A stretch of 64,000 bases of DNA from Eledone cirrhosa (lineage: Eukaryota). Location of the stretch: positions 15,252,001 through 15,316,000 of the forward strand of contig OZ024750.1 in assembly GCA_964016885.1 (NCBI GenBank), in the 5' to 3' direction. Shown one piece after another: positions 1 through 13,622 of the stretch. The first letter of the stretch is position 1, and each line of letters begins with the position of its first letter. Below the pieces are notes generated by a model that was not told the DNA's origin, did not search any database, and saw only the letters and a list, made by a program, of their open reading frames with translations. A program made the position numbers and the translations under genes.

Positions 1-54
1 TATGCGTCAAAGCATGGTGTCCAACCCTCTACCGATACTGCCAATCCACCGCCG
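1..54 (-). mobile_element. tRNA-derived SINE (main family), 5' head cut by window edge
   Basis: Reverse complement of head GGCGGTGGATTGGCAGTATCGGTAGAGGGTTGGACACCATGCTTTG. Confidence 0.85.
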
Positions 55-60
55 TAATAT

Positions 61-252
<192 letters not shown>

Positions 253-479
253 AACGAGAAACCAAGGCTCTTAGTCAAATTTCATCTTTAATCTATCCCA
301 ACAAATGTATCAATGGGGAAACACTGCTTCGAAGAATCGAGACGTATCTGAGGATCTTGCGATTTCAGAGTCAGGTTCGATCATTGCATCGATCGTGCCT
401 CGAGCTGGCCAGCAGAGAAACGATTGTAATATGTCTAATATATTTTAATTCGTCGCACCACTGATTCTCCGTTTCTTAT

Positions 480-482
<3 letters not shown>
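253..482 (+). mobile_element. (TA)n-flanked element with degenerate long-stem hammerhead
   Basis: CTGAGGA 348-354, stem II tct..aga, GAAA 417-420, stem III cga..tcg, GTC 452-454; stem I poor; TA tracts on both sides. Confidence 0.5.
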
Positions 483-530
<48 letters not shown>

Positions 531-949
531 ATACATCTGACATATGCTCAGCAAGAATTCATATCGGTATCAAAGGATTCATGCCGGCATGAAACTATGC
601 TGTGATCTTTGACCTGCGAATTCTGGCAAATAGCATGGACATGTTATTAAGTAACAAACTCGTGAATATTGAAAGAATATCTGTCGAGGATCTTTTATGT
701 TTCTTGGCAAGATAATGGATTTCATATGCTTTGGTTCACAAAAATATTAGGAGAAAGGTAAAAAAAAATTGAAATAATTTAACTCATTGTTCATCATATG
801 TTTGAAACATATATTCTATAAAGAACTTCTATAAAGAAATAGCTTCAAGTTACTTACTGAATCTTATCTTGATGCTCAACACAGTGTGTGTTAAATGGTT
901 GATACATTTCAACAAGACACCATTGTCCCAACATTATTTAAACACTGAG

Positions 950-1577
950 TGCCGGTGGATTGGCAGTATCTGTAGAGGGTCGGACGCCATGCTTTGCAGC
1001 ATAGAGTTACGGCCCTTTATGATCTGAGTTCAAATCCCGCCGAGGTTAACTTTACCTTTCATACTTACCTGGTCGATAAAATAAAGTACCACTGGGGTCA
1101 CGCACTGGGGTTGATTCAATCGACTTTCGCCTCCCCGCAATTTACTAGCCTTGTGCCTATAAGAAAATCATTATTTAAACACTGAAGGGCGGTGAATTGG
1201 CAGTATCAGTAGAGGGTTGGACGCCATGCTTTCTAGCATAGTTACGTCCCTTTACGGTTTGAGTTCAAATCCCGTCGAGGTTAACTTTGCCTTTCATCCT
1301 TACGGGGTCGATAAAATAAAGTACCAGTAATGTACTGGATAATTGCTGGCCTTGTGCCAAAAGTAGAAACAATTATTTAAACACTGAGTGGCGGTGGATT
1401 GGCCGTATCAGTAGAAGGTCGGACGCCATGCTTTTCAGCATAGAGTTATGACCTTTTACGGTATGAGTTAAAATCCCGCCGAGGTTAACTTTGCCTTTTA
1501 TCCTTACGGGGTCGATAAAATAAACCACCAGTAACGCACTGGGATAATTGCTGGCCTTGTGCCAAAAAGTAGAAACA
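950..1577 (+). mobile_element. Three tandem tRNA-SINE copies separated by a repeated target site
   Basis: Copies ~950-1169, 1187-1371, 1389-1577; A box TGGCAGTATC.G, B box GTTCAAATCC, core GCCTTTCATCCTTACGGGGTCGATAAAATAAAGTACC; ATTATTTAAACACTGAG-like spacer 4 times. Confidence 0.95.
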
Positions 1578-1968
1578 ATTATTTAAACAGTGAGATTATA
1601 TTAGGTATCAAATCCCATTAGGAGCCCCCTGCAGTAGTTTTCTTAATTAGTTTGGTGCTTTGAGGTAAAATATCACACACTTGTTACAATTTTTGAGTGG
1701 ATAGAAATGAAAATAATTTGTATAGGCTGGAGCGGAAATAGAAAGTATGTTGCTTTTGTTCAGTATATTTATTTGACGCTGGTAATCCTTAATAATTTTA
1801 ATTAATACTCATTGAATTGGAATTGATCACTTTGCTCATATAACATTTCAGAAGAAGAACACAAATTTCAGGAAGAACACAAATAAATATTTGATATTAT
1901 TACACCAGAGTGATGCAGAGTGATTTTTAATGCCACGACTATACGATCAATATAATTAATGTACAGCG

Positions 1969-2019
<51 letters not shown>

Positions 2020-2064
2020 ATGTGTGTGTGTGTATAAATGAATGTATATATACATATATATATA

Positions 2065-2127
<63 letters not shown>

Positions 2128-2251
2128 ATAAATGTATGTATATATATGTGTGTGTACACACATATAATTGCAGCTTTATATAAACATAAATATAAATATA
2201 TATAAATAGCTCAATGTAAAATACCGAGTATGCTACAGAGCTAAAATACAG

Positions 2252-2276
<25 letters not shown>

Positions 2277-2282
<6 letters not shown>

Positions 2283-2452
2283 CGTAAAATAAGAAAATTT
2301 TTTAAAAAAATTTTAAAAAAAATTTTTCTTATTTTACGTCTTTTATATTATTGTTCTGCATTCTCCTGCATCGAACCACCTAGGTACTATGACATAACCT
2401 GTGTATTTGCTGGCATTGGCGTACATCTGTGCGCTTATGTTAGTAGATATAT

Positions 2453-2458
<6 letters not shown>
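2277..2458 (+). mobile_element. (TA)n-flanked fold-back element (short inverted arm plus long arm)
   Basis: AAAAGACGTAAAATAAGAAAA ... TTTTCTTATTTTACGTCTTTT palindrome, then ~115 nt unique tail; TA on both sides. Confidence 0.6.
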
Positions 2459-2483
<25 letters not shown>

Positions 2484-2498
2484 AATATACATATGAAT

Positions 2499-2544
<46 letters not shown>

Positions 2545-3280
2545 GTTCCTGGAGCTTGTACAAGCTACACTTATAGTAGTGTTTTGCACAGATCTGGTGG
2601 TGTCGCTCTCCTCTGAGCGTTGTCGTCTTCTCAGACGTTGTTTCTGGTATGTCCTGAAATTTAAGTTTGATTGGTTTCAAAATGAATGCACAATGATACC
2701 AAACGTTGGCGAACCCAGAGTTTTTAAGTTACTCTCTACAATATATTAAGGTAGAAGTGTAATGATAAAATACGATAGAAACATGAGAAAATATTTAAAG
2801 TCAATGATATATCTAATACAAATACAGGGAAAAGAGGAGAGTAAATAAATGCATCACAATTTTGATTTGATAATTAAGAAGGACTTAGTGTAAGACGCAC
2901 AAGCAATATTCTCACAATAGTGTTAGTTTCTTGTAAAATCAGATATTTAATTTGGTATTTAATTAATCCTTGTTAAATAGATGTGGATTCCATCGTACGA
3001 ATCTTATTTTACGCTGAAATATAACTTCTATGGCTATATCTCATTATCTCTGGTTATCTTCATTCGTCTGGTGTTTCCCACACTCACTTTGTCACTATCA
3101 ACTAATTCTATTAAGCTCAACTCGGATATGTGTCATAGTATTTTTGTTCATCTAACAATACTTTCATACTTGCTCTTTTAAGGCGTCATTGGATTATTCA
3201 GCTAAAATCACATGATTTCTTTTGTCAAACGACCAAGAGAGAATCGGAAATCCCTGTAATGCAAATACCTAGTTTCAACA

Positions 3281-3375
3281 TTTTCCTTTTATCCTTACGG
3301 GGTCGATAAAATAAAGTACCAGTAATACACTGGGGTATTTGCTGGCCTTGTGCCAAAAGTAGAAACAATTATTAT
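3281..3375 (+). mobile_element. tRNA-SINE 3' fragment
   Basis: Core plus tail GCTGGCCTTGTGCCAAAAGTAGAAACAATTATT. Confidence 0.9.
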
Positions 3376-3629
3376 TTTATAGTCACCATCATCTATGGGG
3401 TGGATTATGCTTGTGAATTCCAGGTCCCTATTTAATATGTCTTCGGGGTTTGAAAGATTAAGATTTTATAATATTCTATTGAATAAACCTAGTACTGCGT
3501 TTGTCTACTTTATTTAATATTTTAACGTGATTGCAAGGTGGATTCTTTGATTCAAATTTATTATGTTTGATTTTGGTTCTGTTCGGCCGAAAGAATACAC
3601 TGTAAATTAGGAAACATACTTTCACTTTG

Positions 3630-3810
3630 TATTAATTAATAAATAAGTCTAACAGCATGAATTACAAAATAAACAATACGCACTTTAATTTAATTAATAA
3701 ATAATTTTAACAGCACAAATTACAATTTAAAATATACAAAACATTTTAATTTGTTAATTAATTTGAACAATCTAAATTACAAAATACACAATACGAAACC
3801 CATTTTAATC
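3630..3810. repeat. Degenerate ~59 bp tandem repeat
   Basis: Recurring TTAATTAATAAATAA..AACAGCA..AATTACAAAAT..ACAATACG. Confidence 0.55.
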
Positions 3811-4218
3811 TTTATAGTATTTATGTCATAATAATGCCTTAGCGGCATAATGAGATCGAAGAAAGTGTACTCGTATGTTCGCTGCAAAAGAAACTCTTGC
3901 TAATATGTTAGCGAAAATATAATGAAGAATAATTTCTTCGCATTCTTCTATATTTACATTTAGTAATTGAACATGTCATCTTTATTTTTCTAGTGTGGAT
4001 CTTAGCTTTCACTGGATTCATAAAATTTAGTGAAGTTAAAACAACCTAAAGTAAAATAAATCTGAAACAAAATTTCAATTCAGTTTCCGAAACTAATGTA
4101 CTGCAATGTATGAAATCTAAATATCTAATAACAAAACAAAGATATTCATTAGCGAATGTGACCTCCTTTTAAAAAAAAAACTGTAGGATGTACATACACG
4201 CAAACACACACACACATA

Positions 4219-4299
<81 letters not shown>

Positions 4300-5301
4300 A
4301 ATAAATGGATAATAAATGGATATTTATCTATTATTTCCCTATCAGGATTAAAAGAAGCATTCTAAAATATGCTCTGTTCATTTCGAACATTTGAATTATT
4401 ATTGATACCGTTACTAAACGGTGTAAATTCAAATTTAGTTCCTAGTTTCACAAATTGTGCTAAAATGTGTCATTTCGCAGTTTTGGTAAAGCGACACGAA
4501 CGCTCGATCGTTCTGTCATTTGTAGGCGTTTTCCTGTGTGTACTGATATCTATTTCTCATATAGGCATAGGGCCATACATTGGACGAAAGTGTGTTATCG
4601 ATTACATTGACCCAAGTACTTCATTGGCAATACTTAATTTAGTACTGAGGGGATTTGAACTGAGAGCGTAGAGAACCTTAGCTAAGTACCACAAAGGATT
4701 TTATTCAATACTATGCTATTGCTGACCATCCAATGCATTGTATGATATATCGTCGAAGTATAATTTTAAGAAAGTTTAGGATAGTCTGTTCATTGTTAAT
4801 TGTTGCATAGTCTTACGTTATTAATCACTAATTATTATCGATTCAATTCTCTTATACTAATTTCTTCATAAGATAACATCTGCCTACTTTATTCGAAGCT
4901 CATGAAAGATATTCATCTTCTGTAGATTGTATCAAAGAACGCTACCCATTGATTACAAAACAAGAAACACAATAGGCTTTTTAAAATAAAATAACTTAAA
5001 TAAAGGATGATTAATAGACTGTACCTTGCTTGTAGTTTTTATTTGCTATAATTTCCGTTTTTAAATTTTATATATTTTCCTTTTAGTTCTATATAATAAT
5101 TGCATTGAGTCGAAAAGGAATAGAAAATATAAGAATATGCATTTGTCTATCTGAGATTGTGGGCTTACAATGGCTTATGAGAGCATCCATGTTGTAATAA
5201 GGGTGTATTATTGTTTTTAGTACGGGTTTGTATTTTATTTCCTACAAGGCCATTTTAAAATTAAGATATATAGAACTTTTACAACAAACGTGCATACAAA
5301 G

Positions 5302-5420
5302 AATTGGTAGAATCCTGCTGAGCTTGTGGTCCTATAATTATAGGACCACAAGCTCAGCAGGATTCTACCAAATTCTACAGCTAGAGCCGATTGTAATCGG
5401 TTCTTTAGCTGTAGAATTTG
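5302..5420. repeat. Two abutting hairpins
   Basis: TTGGTAGAATCCTGCTGAGCTTGTGGTCCTATAATTATAGGACCACAAGCTCAGCAGGATTCTACCAA (perfect), then CAAATTCTACAGCTA..TAGCTGTAGAATTTG. Confidence 0.9.
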
Positions 5421-6053
5421 TAGGTTAAAGTTAACTGTACAGTTTAAATAGTAGTAGGTTAGAACGCTGAGGATATATTTCCCATCTTTGTAATATAACT
5501 CGCATCTTTGTACTTTGTAATATAACTTACTTGTTAAGTGACAGCAACATATGTTTAAACGAAAATGAAATAAATCAGAACCTGAGATATGGTGAGATTA
5601 AATCTCATAAATCTATCATTTAATTTACTCTATTGGACATATGGAGGATATATGGTACTTGCAGATTTGGGCTTCAAATGTGGTTCAGTAGTCCCTTATG
5701 ATTGTCTAAGATATAAACGTACACAGGACTACGTTTCACATAATTTCTTGTTTGACTTTAATCAACGTACTATGCAATCACAATATTAAACAACATTTGT
5801 TAGTTATATATTATACAACGTTTGTTAGTTATATATTAAATTAGAAATCTATATCTTTGCAAGAAAATATATTTAATATAAATGCATTTTTATAATTATC
5901 TTTGTGGTTTCCAAGGAAACTGAGCAGTTGAAATCAAATAAATACAGTAAATATATACACTAAGAATATACATAACCTTTTATATACAAATGCCTCATAT
6001 AATATGAGTTTATTCTCATATAACGTATTTTATATAATATTATAAGTGTGCTA

Positions 6054-6105
6054 AAGTACCAGTAATGTACTGGTAATTGCTGGCCTTGTGCCAAAAGTAG
6101 AAACA
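6054..6105 (+). mobile_element. 5'-truncated tRNA-SINE with 15 bp TSD
   Basis: TSD ATTATAAGTGTGCTA at 6039-6053 and 6106-6120. Confidence 0.9.
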
Positions 6106-7619
6106 ATTATAAGTGTGCTACATAATGGATGGGATAGTTACATTCTAAAATAAAATGTTCATAATGATATACCTCACTCTAGGATAACATGTGCCACATT
6201 ACGATATGACTGTTGTTACATAGGATTATGGATAATCTCTACTATAACATGAATTATATAATATCTCCTCACATTAACATGTTATACAATGTATAATGAT
6301 ATTTTTGCATCCTAAAATACTGTATTATATACGGATATGCTTTTAATCCAATATAACTTGTGTTTATAAAATATGTGTGAAATCTGATACAAAAAGTGTT
6401 TCTAATGCTATGATTGCTCATATGATACAACATATATTACAGATAGATTGTGATATTAATCTAACTAGCATAAAAACCAGCCTTCGGGTGGTTTTCTGTT
6501 GGCACGTGTAGTGTGTATATTGATATTATACGCAAATATATATACATGAGGATATGATACATCAAATGAAATTGTAATTGACAATATGCACAGAAATTGA
6601 ATGAAGACTGCGTTACACTCTCTTGTGTAATCAGTAAAGTAATCCATATACACAAAAAAGACGATATTATATATAAACTGCATTAGGAAAAAAATTAGTG
6701 ACGGAAATATATGAATGTTTATATAAGTGATCGCTAACCGGAAGTGTTGACATTTGAAAATTTTAAAGAAGTGAATCTTAAAATAAGCAATACAATTATT
6801 TATATTTAATCAAGAGTTACAAAATTTAGTACATAAATTATGTAATATTCATTTATTATTTATTGAAAGTAATCCAACTTACTTTACAAACGGGATTAAA
6901 AAATTATTCTGGACGCAGTCCCGCGCTCTTCCCTTTATTATAGTTAAGATGTGTTACAGTATTATATAACTTCACTTATGTTATATAACTATGTCTACAT
7001 TCTAAATGAACGTGTGTTATATAAAGATATATATTCACTATAATAAAATGTGTTCGTAAAATATGCCTACAGCTGAAAGAAATTTATACTGTCTTACTTC
7101 ACACCGTTTGATTTGAACATTATTCTAAGTAACGTAAAACAACACCTTTGTATCTTGAAGGGGAATATATTGATTTATTGTTTCACTTATGGAAATACAA
7201 ACCTCATAAAGTTACCATTTTATATGTAATATATTCGGTATACAGTAAAACGGTCTTGAATTCAATTATTTAGTTAATGTTTTAGTTCAATCTTGAACAT
7301 CACTTTCACGTCCATCATAAATTGATATATAATAATCAAATACTGTAATATTATATTGGTAATGTTAGCTTACAAGAATCAAAACATGATAATCATGAAA
7401 ATAATGATTATGTAAAATAGTAGATACATGATGTGAGTTTCTGTTTCATGACTAGAAGCAAGGTAATAGAATTATGAATGAATAAAATAATAAAAACAAA
7501 CATTCATCAGCAAGTGCACGTCTCTATTTTGTCGTCTTTTGTTTTTACATTGATTAATTTGTCATTCATAATTTTGTCTTCTTTATATTTTGTATCCTAC
7601 ATACTAAAATAATGGTTGG

Positions 7620-7800
7620 GCCAGGTTTTTACAGATACCATGAAACCCAGGACTACTTGCTTCATGGTCAAGTGGTTGGCAACTAAACCCACACCACTAC
7701 CAGACCCGGGTCTTATGACGAGGGTAAGTGAAACCCCAGAAGCATAACAATGAGAGCTGTAAAAAGGGCAGATGAACTCTTCAGAGTCATTGGCCACACA
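7620..7800 (+). mobile_element. RTE-like 5' end fragment, homologous to 52276-52460
   Basis: Shared TCATGGTC..GTTGGC.ACTAAAC and AAAGGGCA.A.GA.CTCTT.AGAGTCA.TGGCCA blocks. Confidence 0.6.
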
Positions 7801-7959
7801 CTCCAACTGTCTGTTACATAGCCTAAACAACCGAAATTGGCCAAGCGTGGTGTGTACGGCTTCACTCCTGACAAGATTGAAACCAAACAGAAAGCAGTGG
7901 AGATCAAACAGGAGTGAGAAGGCTCTGGATTGGATTAGAATTACACGATAGACACAGAA

Positions 7960-8285
7960 AGGTGAATGATTAAAAGGTTCGCTTCACAGTCATTAGGCAC
8001 CGGAAGCTATATCACTGCGTGACATCTTAGGCAAGTGACATTTACCAAAGTCTCTGGTCGACTTACTGAGTAGGGAGAAACTGATTGGAAGCTCTTTGGA
8101 TGGACTGTACCAGGATTCAAAAAGCTGGCCTTGTTACACACTGTCACGCCAAATCTTATGAAGAATTGCGATAAGGATACACCTGTCTGTGGAATGCTCA
8201 GCAGACTTACAGGTTAATTTCATTAACAAGCAGTTCAGAATATCGAAAAACTGGACCACTCATTGTCGAAACCGACGGAGGTTCT
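7960..8285 (+). mobile_element. Old CORE-type SINE remnant
   Basis: GTGACATCTTAGGCAAGTGACATTT CORE-like motif; tail CTGTGGAATGCTCAGC..GACGGAGG shared with 57870-57970. Confidence 0.55.
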
Positions 8286-9679
8286 TTCCAATCCACATAT
8301 TACACAGCTCCTGATTTGTAAATACAGATTAATGTAGAACAGAACAGAAACATACTATGAAAGATTTAAAGGCAATGTTTAGATAAATGTGTTTGTGAGA
8401 AAGTACATAAACGTCTTTTTTGGTTTACAATGTTAATTCAGTAATGTATTGCATAATGCTAGAAGTTGTACATGCACATCTTCATGAATGTAAAGTATCT
8501 TTATTCGTGAATGAGAAAAATCGTGCACTCTCGATTGGTTATCCTAAAGTTTAAACATGTAGTTCAATGTATTTGTTAAACACGCATGATAATATTTGAA
8601 GAATATATGAATTATATGAGTACACAATAATTTGATAAATTTTGATTATAGCTTGTATGAACCTTATTCCACAATCTCCATTAATATACTATATTAATGT
8701 ACGAATATTCCTTACAAACTAACTATTTCTCACAATTTAGTTCTACACACAAATGCTGTAACAAATGCCACTAGCACATTAACGCATGTGCTAAATAAAT
8801 ATTAATCACCATATTACAACAAGCAACGATTTGTCAAGAAGAGGAGACGTTTCTGAAGTACATTGTTGTTATTTAACTAATCCTATGATGAACATCAATT
8901 TTATATATGTAATCTCACTTTTCGACATTCATATTTAAACATATAAAATCAAATATAACTCCAATTACTTCAGTCAAGCAATATTTCTGGAAAATAAAAT
9001 TGATGTAAATACGAATGGATCCTAATTAAATGCATATGTGGCTCTATTCTTATTCTCTTATTGCTTGATTCAAATTATTTATAGCCTAGAGTATCTTTAG
9101 CGCATTTTTCTAATCCCATACTCATTTCGATATATCAATTATATTCATGCAGATTATTGTTGTTTAACCCTATGGTGCACAAAATTGGACAAACATACAA
9201 TCTAATACATTGCAGTATATTTGTCATTCAAACGTCTTCATAGACTTATTATTTAGATGTATCTTATAAAGTTTTAAAATTAACAATTGATATGAGATGA
9301 GCTCTAACGTAACCATATCAAGTAGAAAACTTGTGGTTATTCAGCCGATTTGATAATGGAATCAAGGGGTAAAAAGAAATTCCATGGAGAAAATTCACTT
9401 CCCATGGCTAACTGCTTCCATCTTTTTGCCTTACATATCGTTACTTTCCATATCGTCATGACAGAAGGCACATACATAGTATTAAAGTGTTTTGTTTATA
9501 TGCATTAGCAATTCGACGAATTGAGGTGCGTAAAATAAGTACCAAACTTCAACAAAATTAATAAAGTCGATATAATCAACTATATTCTTCCAGGCACATC
9601 CACAGTCAAAATAGTTGCAACCAGTAAAAGAAGAAAAGAATTAAAGGAGAATTGCCTCATATGAGATGAACATAGTATG

Positions 9680-10490
9680 TTGATAACTGTTTTTGGGCAA
9701 TTCATTCAAGCGATATTTATGTTTCCCTAATTTTTTGAACGGTCTCCATTGGACGCTTCACCAATAACGATATATCCGTTTCTGAAAACCTTCCTTAATC
9801 TCTAAGATGTTACTTCTTTTCAAATGAACAGCTAGTTGTTGAAGCGCATAGATATCAGCACAATGCATATTATTGGTAAGGAAGCTAATGATCCGTACTG
9901 CTTGTACTCCGTAGTGTATTTCATAGTTTTGCTTTCTTTGTACTATAAACCTTAACCAAGTATTCTGATTTGAACGTTGTAACAGATCCATAAATTCTAG
10001 TTAAGTATTTTAGCCAGAAATTCGGAACTTAATAAATTTCTAACGTTTTTTCGTTATTGATTAATGTATCCGTTTTCTAGTCCATTGTACGCTTTGATTG
10101 TGCTAAATGTCTTCCTCCAATAATTTGTTCTAAGATGTTTCGATTACTGTCGAATATCAACTGTCATTCAGTGATATGCTTTTATATCTGAAGTTTCAGC
10201 AAAATGATTTGGTGGATTTTTATTTTTGTTTCAAATAACGTATTTTCATGAAAGAAGCTGTTTCCGTCTTTGATAATTTTTATAATCTTTTTTTCTTGGA
10301 ACATATGCCTGAAGATGATGTTACTTTTTAAAGATCAAGCTCGATTTCTTTTGATAATGCCACCAATACGGATTAAATTTGGTCATTTATCCTGTTGATG
10401 TTTGGGATTTCTTCTGCAAAAAGAATTTCTGTAAATGCCTTTTTGCTTTTACTGATTATTTCATGAAAATACTTATATAGCCTGAGATGT
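9680..10490 (-). pseudogene. Decayed R4/Dong-like non-LTR retrotransposon, pre-RT and RT N-terminus
   Basis: Minus-strand frameshifted peptides NYQRRKQ..ENTLFET, NYWRKTFSTIKAYNG, VPNFWLKYLTRI, QYGSLASLPII, HLKRSNIL resemble the R4-clade NxLF/FWxxIWS/NFWLK/YRPIxCL motifs. Confidence 0.75.
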
Positions 10491-10830
10491 GTTTATTGCT
10501 TTCGTTGTTGTTTAGTTATAAATCAGATGTGATTGAACAGTCATATTGATCTATTGCTGAAACAGCCACAATAATTCGCCTTTTCCGTCATCCAGTTTAT
10601 CGAGTATATTTACTATTACATCATCCAAGTTTTTCTCACTCTTTTTAAGACGCTGGAATGAGATTTGTACAATATATGGCTGCTATTTCTAGCATAGATA
10701 AAAAACAGAAAGGGCCTTCATTTGGCTTACATATTTGACGTTTTGTTAGGTGTTTCACTTGGTAAATATTTACGAGTTTTGAGCCTTAGTTTCCTTATTT
10801 TTCTAGAATATCTCCTTATTGTTTTCCCTG

Positions 10831-11020
10831 GTTAAGTATTTTAGCCAGAAATTCGGAACTTAATAAATTTCTAACGTTTTTTCGTTATTGATTAATGTAT
10901 CCGTTTTCTAGTCCATTGTACGCTTTGATTGTGCTAAATGTCTTCCTCCAATAATTTGTTCTAAGATGTTTCGATTACTGTCGAATATCAACTGTCATTC
11001 AGTGATATGCTTTTATATCT
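10831..11020 (+). repeat. 190 bp direct copy of 10000-10189
   Basis: GTTAAGTATTTTAGCCAG...GCTTTTATATCT, identical by eye. Confidence 0.95.
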
Positions 11021-11944
11021 AGTGATGCGCATAACTCTGATTATTGAGTGTGGAGTCTAAAGCATTTTTGTTGTTGTTGTTGTAGTTGGATATTTAGTTG
11101 GAAGGCTGCCTGAGTTGTATGGTTAGCTGGCTGGCTGAATAGCTGGCTAGCTTGCGAATTGGGTGGCGTGTTGGCTGGATGGCTGTATGGTGGGCTGGGG
11201 CATTCTTTCTCGATTTTGGTTTTGGATATTTCTTCTATCTCTTTCTATTTGGCTCTGTTGTTTTGTACATTGCATATTATATTTCATTGTATTTTATGAG
11301 CTCATTTGTTATACATATCACTATTTCTCTTGTGATATTTTCTTTCAGTTTAGTGGGCGAATGAATTTTGCGCTACATTCGATGTTTTGTAGCAGTTTTT
11401 GTATGTGATCGATTCTTTGTTTGCTTTACTTTGTTTCATTTCCTTTCTATGAATTGTCCAATTTTTTCTAGCATATTCTAGCATTTATTATAAACCGCCG
11501 TACATACTTTGATGTGTTTGAGTTTAGTTTAGTTTTTCACACACAATATATCTCTGGTGGTTTCAGTATTGCTTTTTCATAAATTGAATTATCGAAATCC
11601 CCAGTGTTAAATCATTTGGTTTATCGTTTCATTGCAGTTTTAGTATATATTTCTGAGCAATAGTAGTTCGAAGAATCCCTTGTTATTAAGGTTTAATTTT
11701 TTTGAGAATCTATTTTCCTACCCACGGCCTACATATACTGTCTAGTGTGATCGCATTCAGTTCATAATTCAGAAGACTCTCGTTTGACTTGAAAGTCTCG
11801 TTTGTAAACTTAAAGGGACTCCTTTCTTGACTCAGCCTGTATCTACTAGTTTCTTATCAGTACACATTGCTGTATAGCATGCTGCTCTACAAACTGAAGG
11901 GGGCGAAGATATAAAATACATATTTGTCCGAGTTACTGGGGGGG

Positions 11945-12165
11945 GGGATTGGCGGTGAATTGGTAGGGCGTCAGATACCATGTTTTGCAGCAGAGATTTA
12001 TGGAGCTTTACGTTCTGATTTCAAATCCCACCGAGATTAGCTTTGCTTTTCATCCTTACGAGGTCGATAAAATAAAGTACCAGTAACGCACTGGGGTCGA
12101 TTTAATCAACTTTCTCCTCCCTTAACGTTGCTAGCCTTGTACCTAAATCAGAAACCATTATTATT
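11945..12165 (+). mobile_element. tRNA-SINE, long-tail subfamily
   Basis: Head, core and GGGGTCGATTTAATCAACT insert. Confidence 0.9.
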
Positions 12166-13332
12166 GTTATTATAGTTGTTGTTGTTTCTGTACCTAAGTA
12201 GATCTTAATTCTAGGGGACCAATATGTAAGCTAATAAGGGGTTTCCTCATTAAAGATCCTAGGGAAATACATCAGCATAAAACCACGTATAAGTCTCGCA
12301 AAACGGACGTGTTGGAGCAGAAGTGATTATTTAGTTGAAGTCAGCTTCATAAATATGCTCGAGAATAATTTTAACTTCCACCACAACAGATATATTTTCG
12401 TTATTGTGAAGTGTAATCAATATTTCGGTCGTGTTATATATTGTATGTTTTTATATGTTCCTAACGTTGACAAATAATTGATATAAAAATCACATCAAAT
12501 GCAAAATAGCATTTGAAGCATATTTATGAAATGTTAAATATTAGAAAGTCGGCAAAATATCATAGGCCTGGAAAATCAGAGGTGTGTTATGTCTCAATTT
12601 GGACATCGTTACAGCAAATTTTCATTCAACTAATTTATAAATTATTCTAGAACAGAAGGATAACTTAATACACTAATGAACAATCAGTCACGAATATTAA
12701 ATAAAACTAAAGGTCAAAGGAATAATTACAAAATTATGTATGTTCTAACTATTATTGGCAATATTCTAGTTTCCCATACGACAACTCTACCTAATAAATA
12801 ATTTTCGGTGACAGATAATCAGCATCTAATGTGCAATTTGATTACACTAAATCAAACGCTAGTATAGTTGGTGTCAGTAGCAACGATTAATCACGTCTTA
12901 TTTGTTGATATCGTTGAAAGGCAAGTGTGTAGCGAATTATACAAGTATTTCGTACTTAAAACGTGGTAATTTGTTAGCCATTGATTAGGAAATTATAGGG
13001 AACGAAACAAAAATATTTTCAAAACTATTTCATCAAAAGTAAAATATACCCCAATTATATTTGACGGAAGAAAGAAAGACTACTATGATTGCAATTCCTA
13101 TAATCACAAATCATAATTTCATACTATATATATTTTAATAATCTCCATCATTGTACCTGCAGAGCATGTCAGATTTGTCAATCAGGAGAACAAGCGTGTC
13201 ATTGGTGTTGGCGTATGTCGCTCTTACTTTATAGAAGGAAAGAAGAATTGGAACGGCGCCAACGTTGTTACAATTGCCAGAATTTACGATTTCTTACCAA
13301 TATCCTTTTCCTTCAACAGTTTTGTTTTTGTT

Positions 13333-13376
<44 letters not shown>

Positions 13377-13378
<2 letters not shown>

Positions 13379-13574
13379 AACGAGTAGTACCCCGACGGCT
13401 GAGTTCAAGCCGTTTCGACGGCTAATTCTGGACTGAGTCCAGAATTAGCCGTCGAAACGGCTTGAGCTCAGCCGTCGGGATCCTACTCGTTCCTATTACC
13501 CACTCTACTACCCTAAGTATTGAGTACTTTGGTGCGTTATGGTCCATCTGGTTCCTTACCACATTTCCTTCGTT
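13377..13574 (+). mobile_element. Hammerhead family A fold-back insertion
   Basis: Inverted arm 13377-13433 plus long arm ending CCTTCGTT; 3' half of hammerhead GAAACGGC..GCCGTC; in (TA)n. Confidence 0.85.
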
Positions 13575-13622
13575 ATATATATATATATATAAATAAATGT
13601 ATATATATATATATATATATAT

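Noticed and set aside
933-1594. CRISPR-like repeat-spacer pattern
   Set aside because: The spacers are homologous ~200 bp SINEs, the context is eukaryotic and there are no cas genes
6110-7080. Degenerate ~38 bp minisatellite patches
   Set aside because: The period cannot be established without computation; low interest
9758-10190. Penelope RT-thumb/GIY-YIG fragment (RNILEQIIGG, YGSVTTFK)
   Set aside because: Other frames give a consistent R4/Dong pre-RT and RT motif order
2543-13227. Minus-strand class B GPCR idea (TYQKQRLRRR.. at 2650; IDKSDMLCR at 13160)
   Set aside because: No transmembrane exons found between them, and splice signals fit the + strand at least as well
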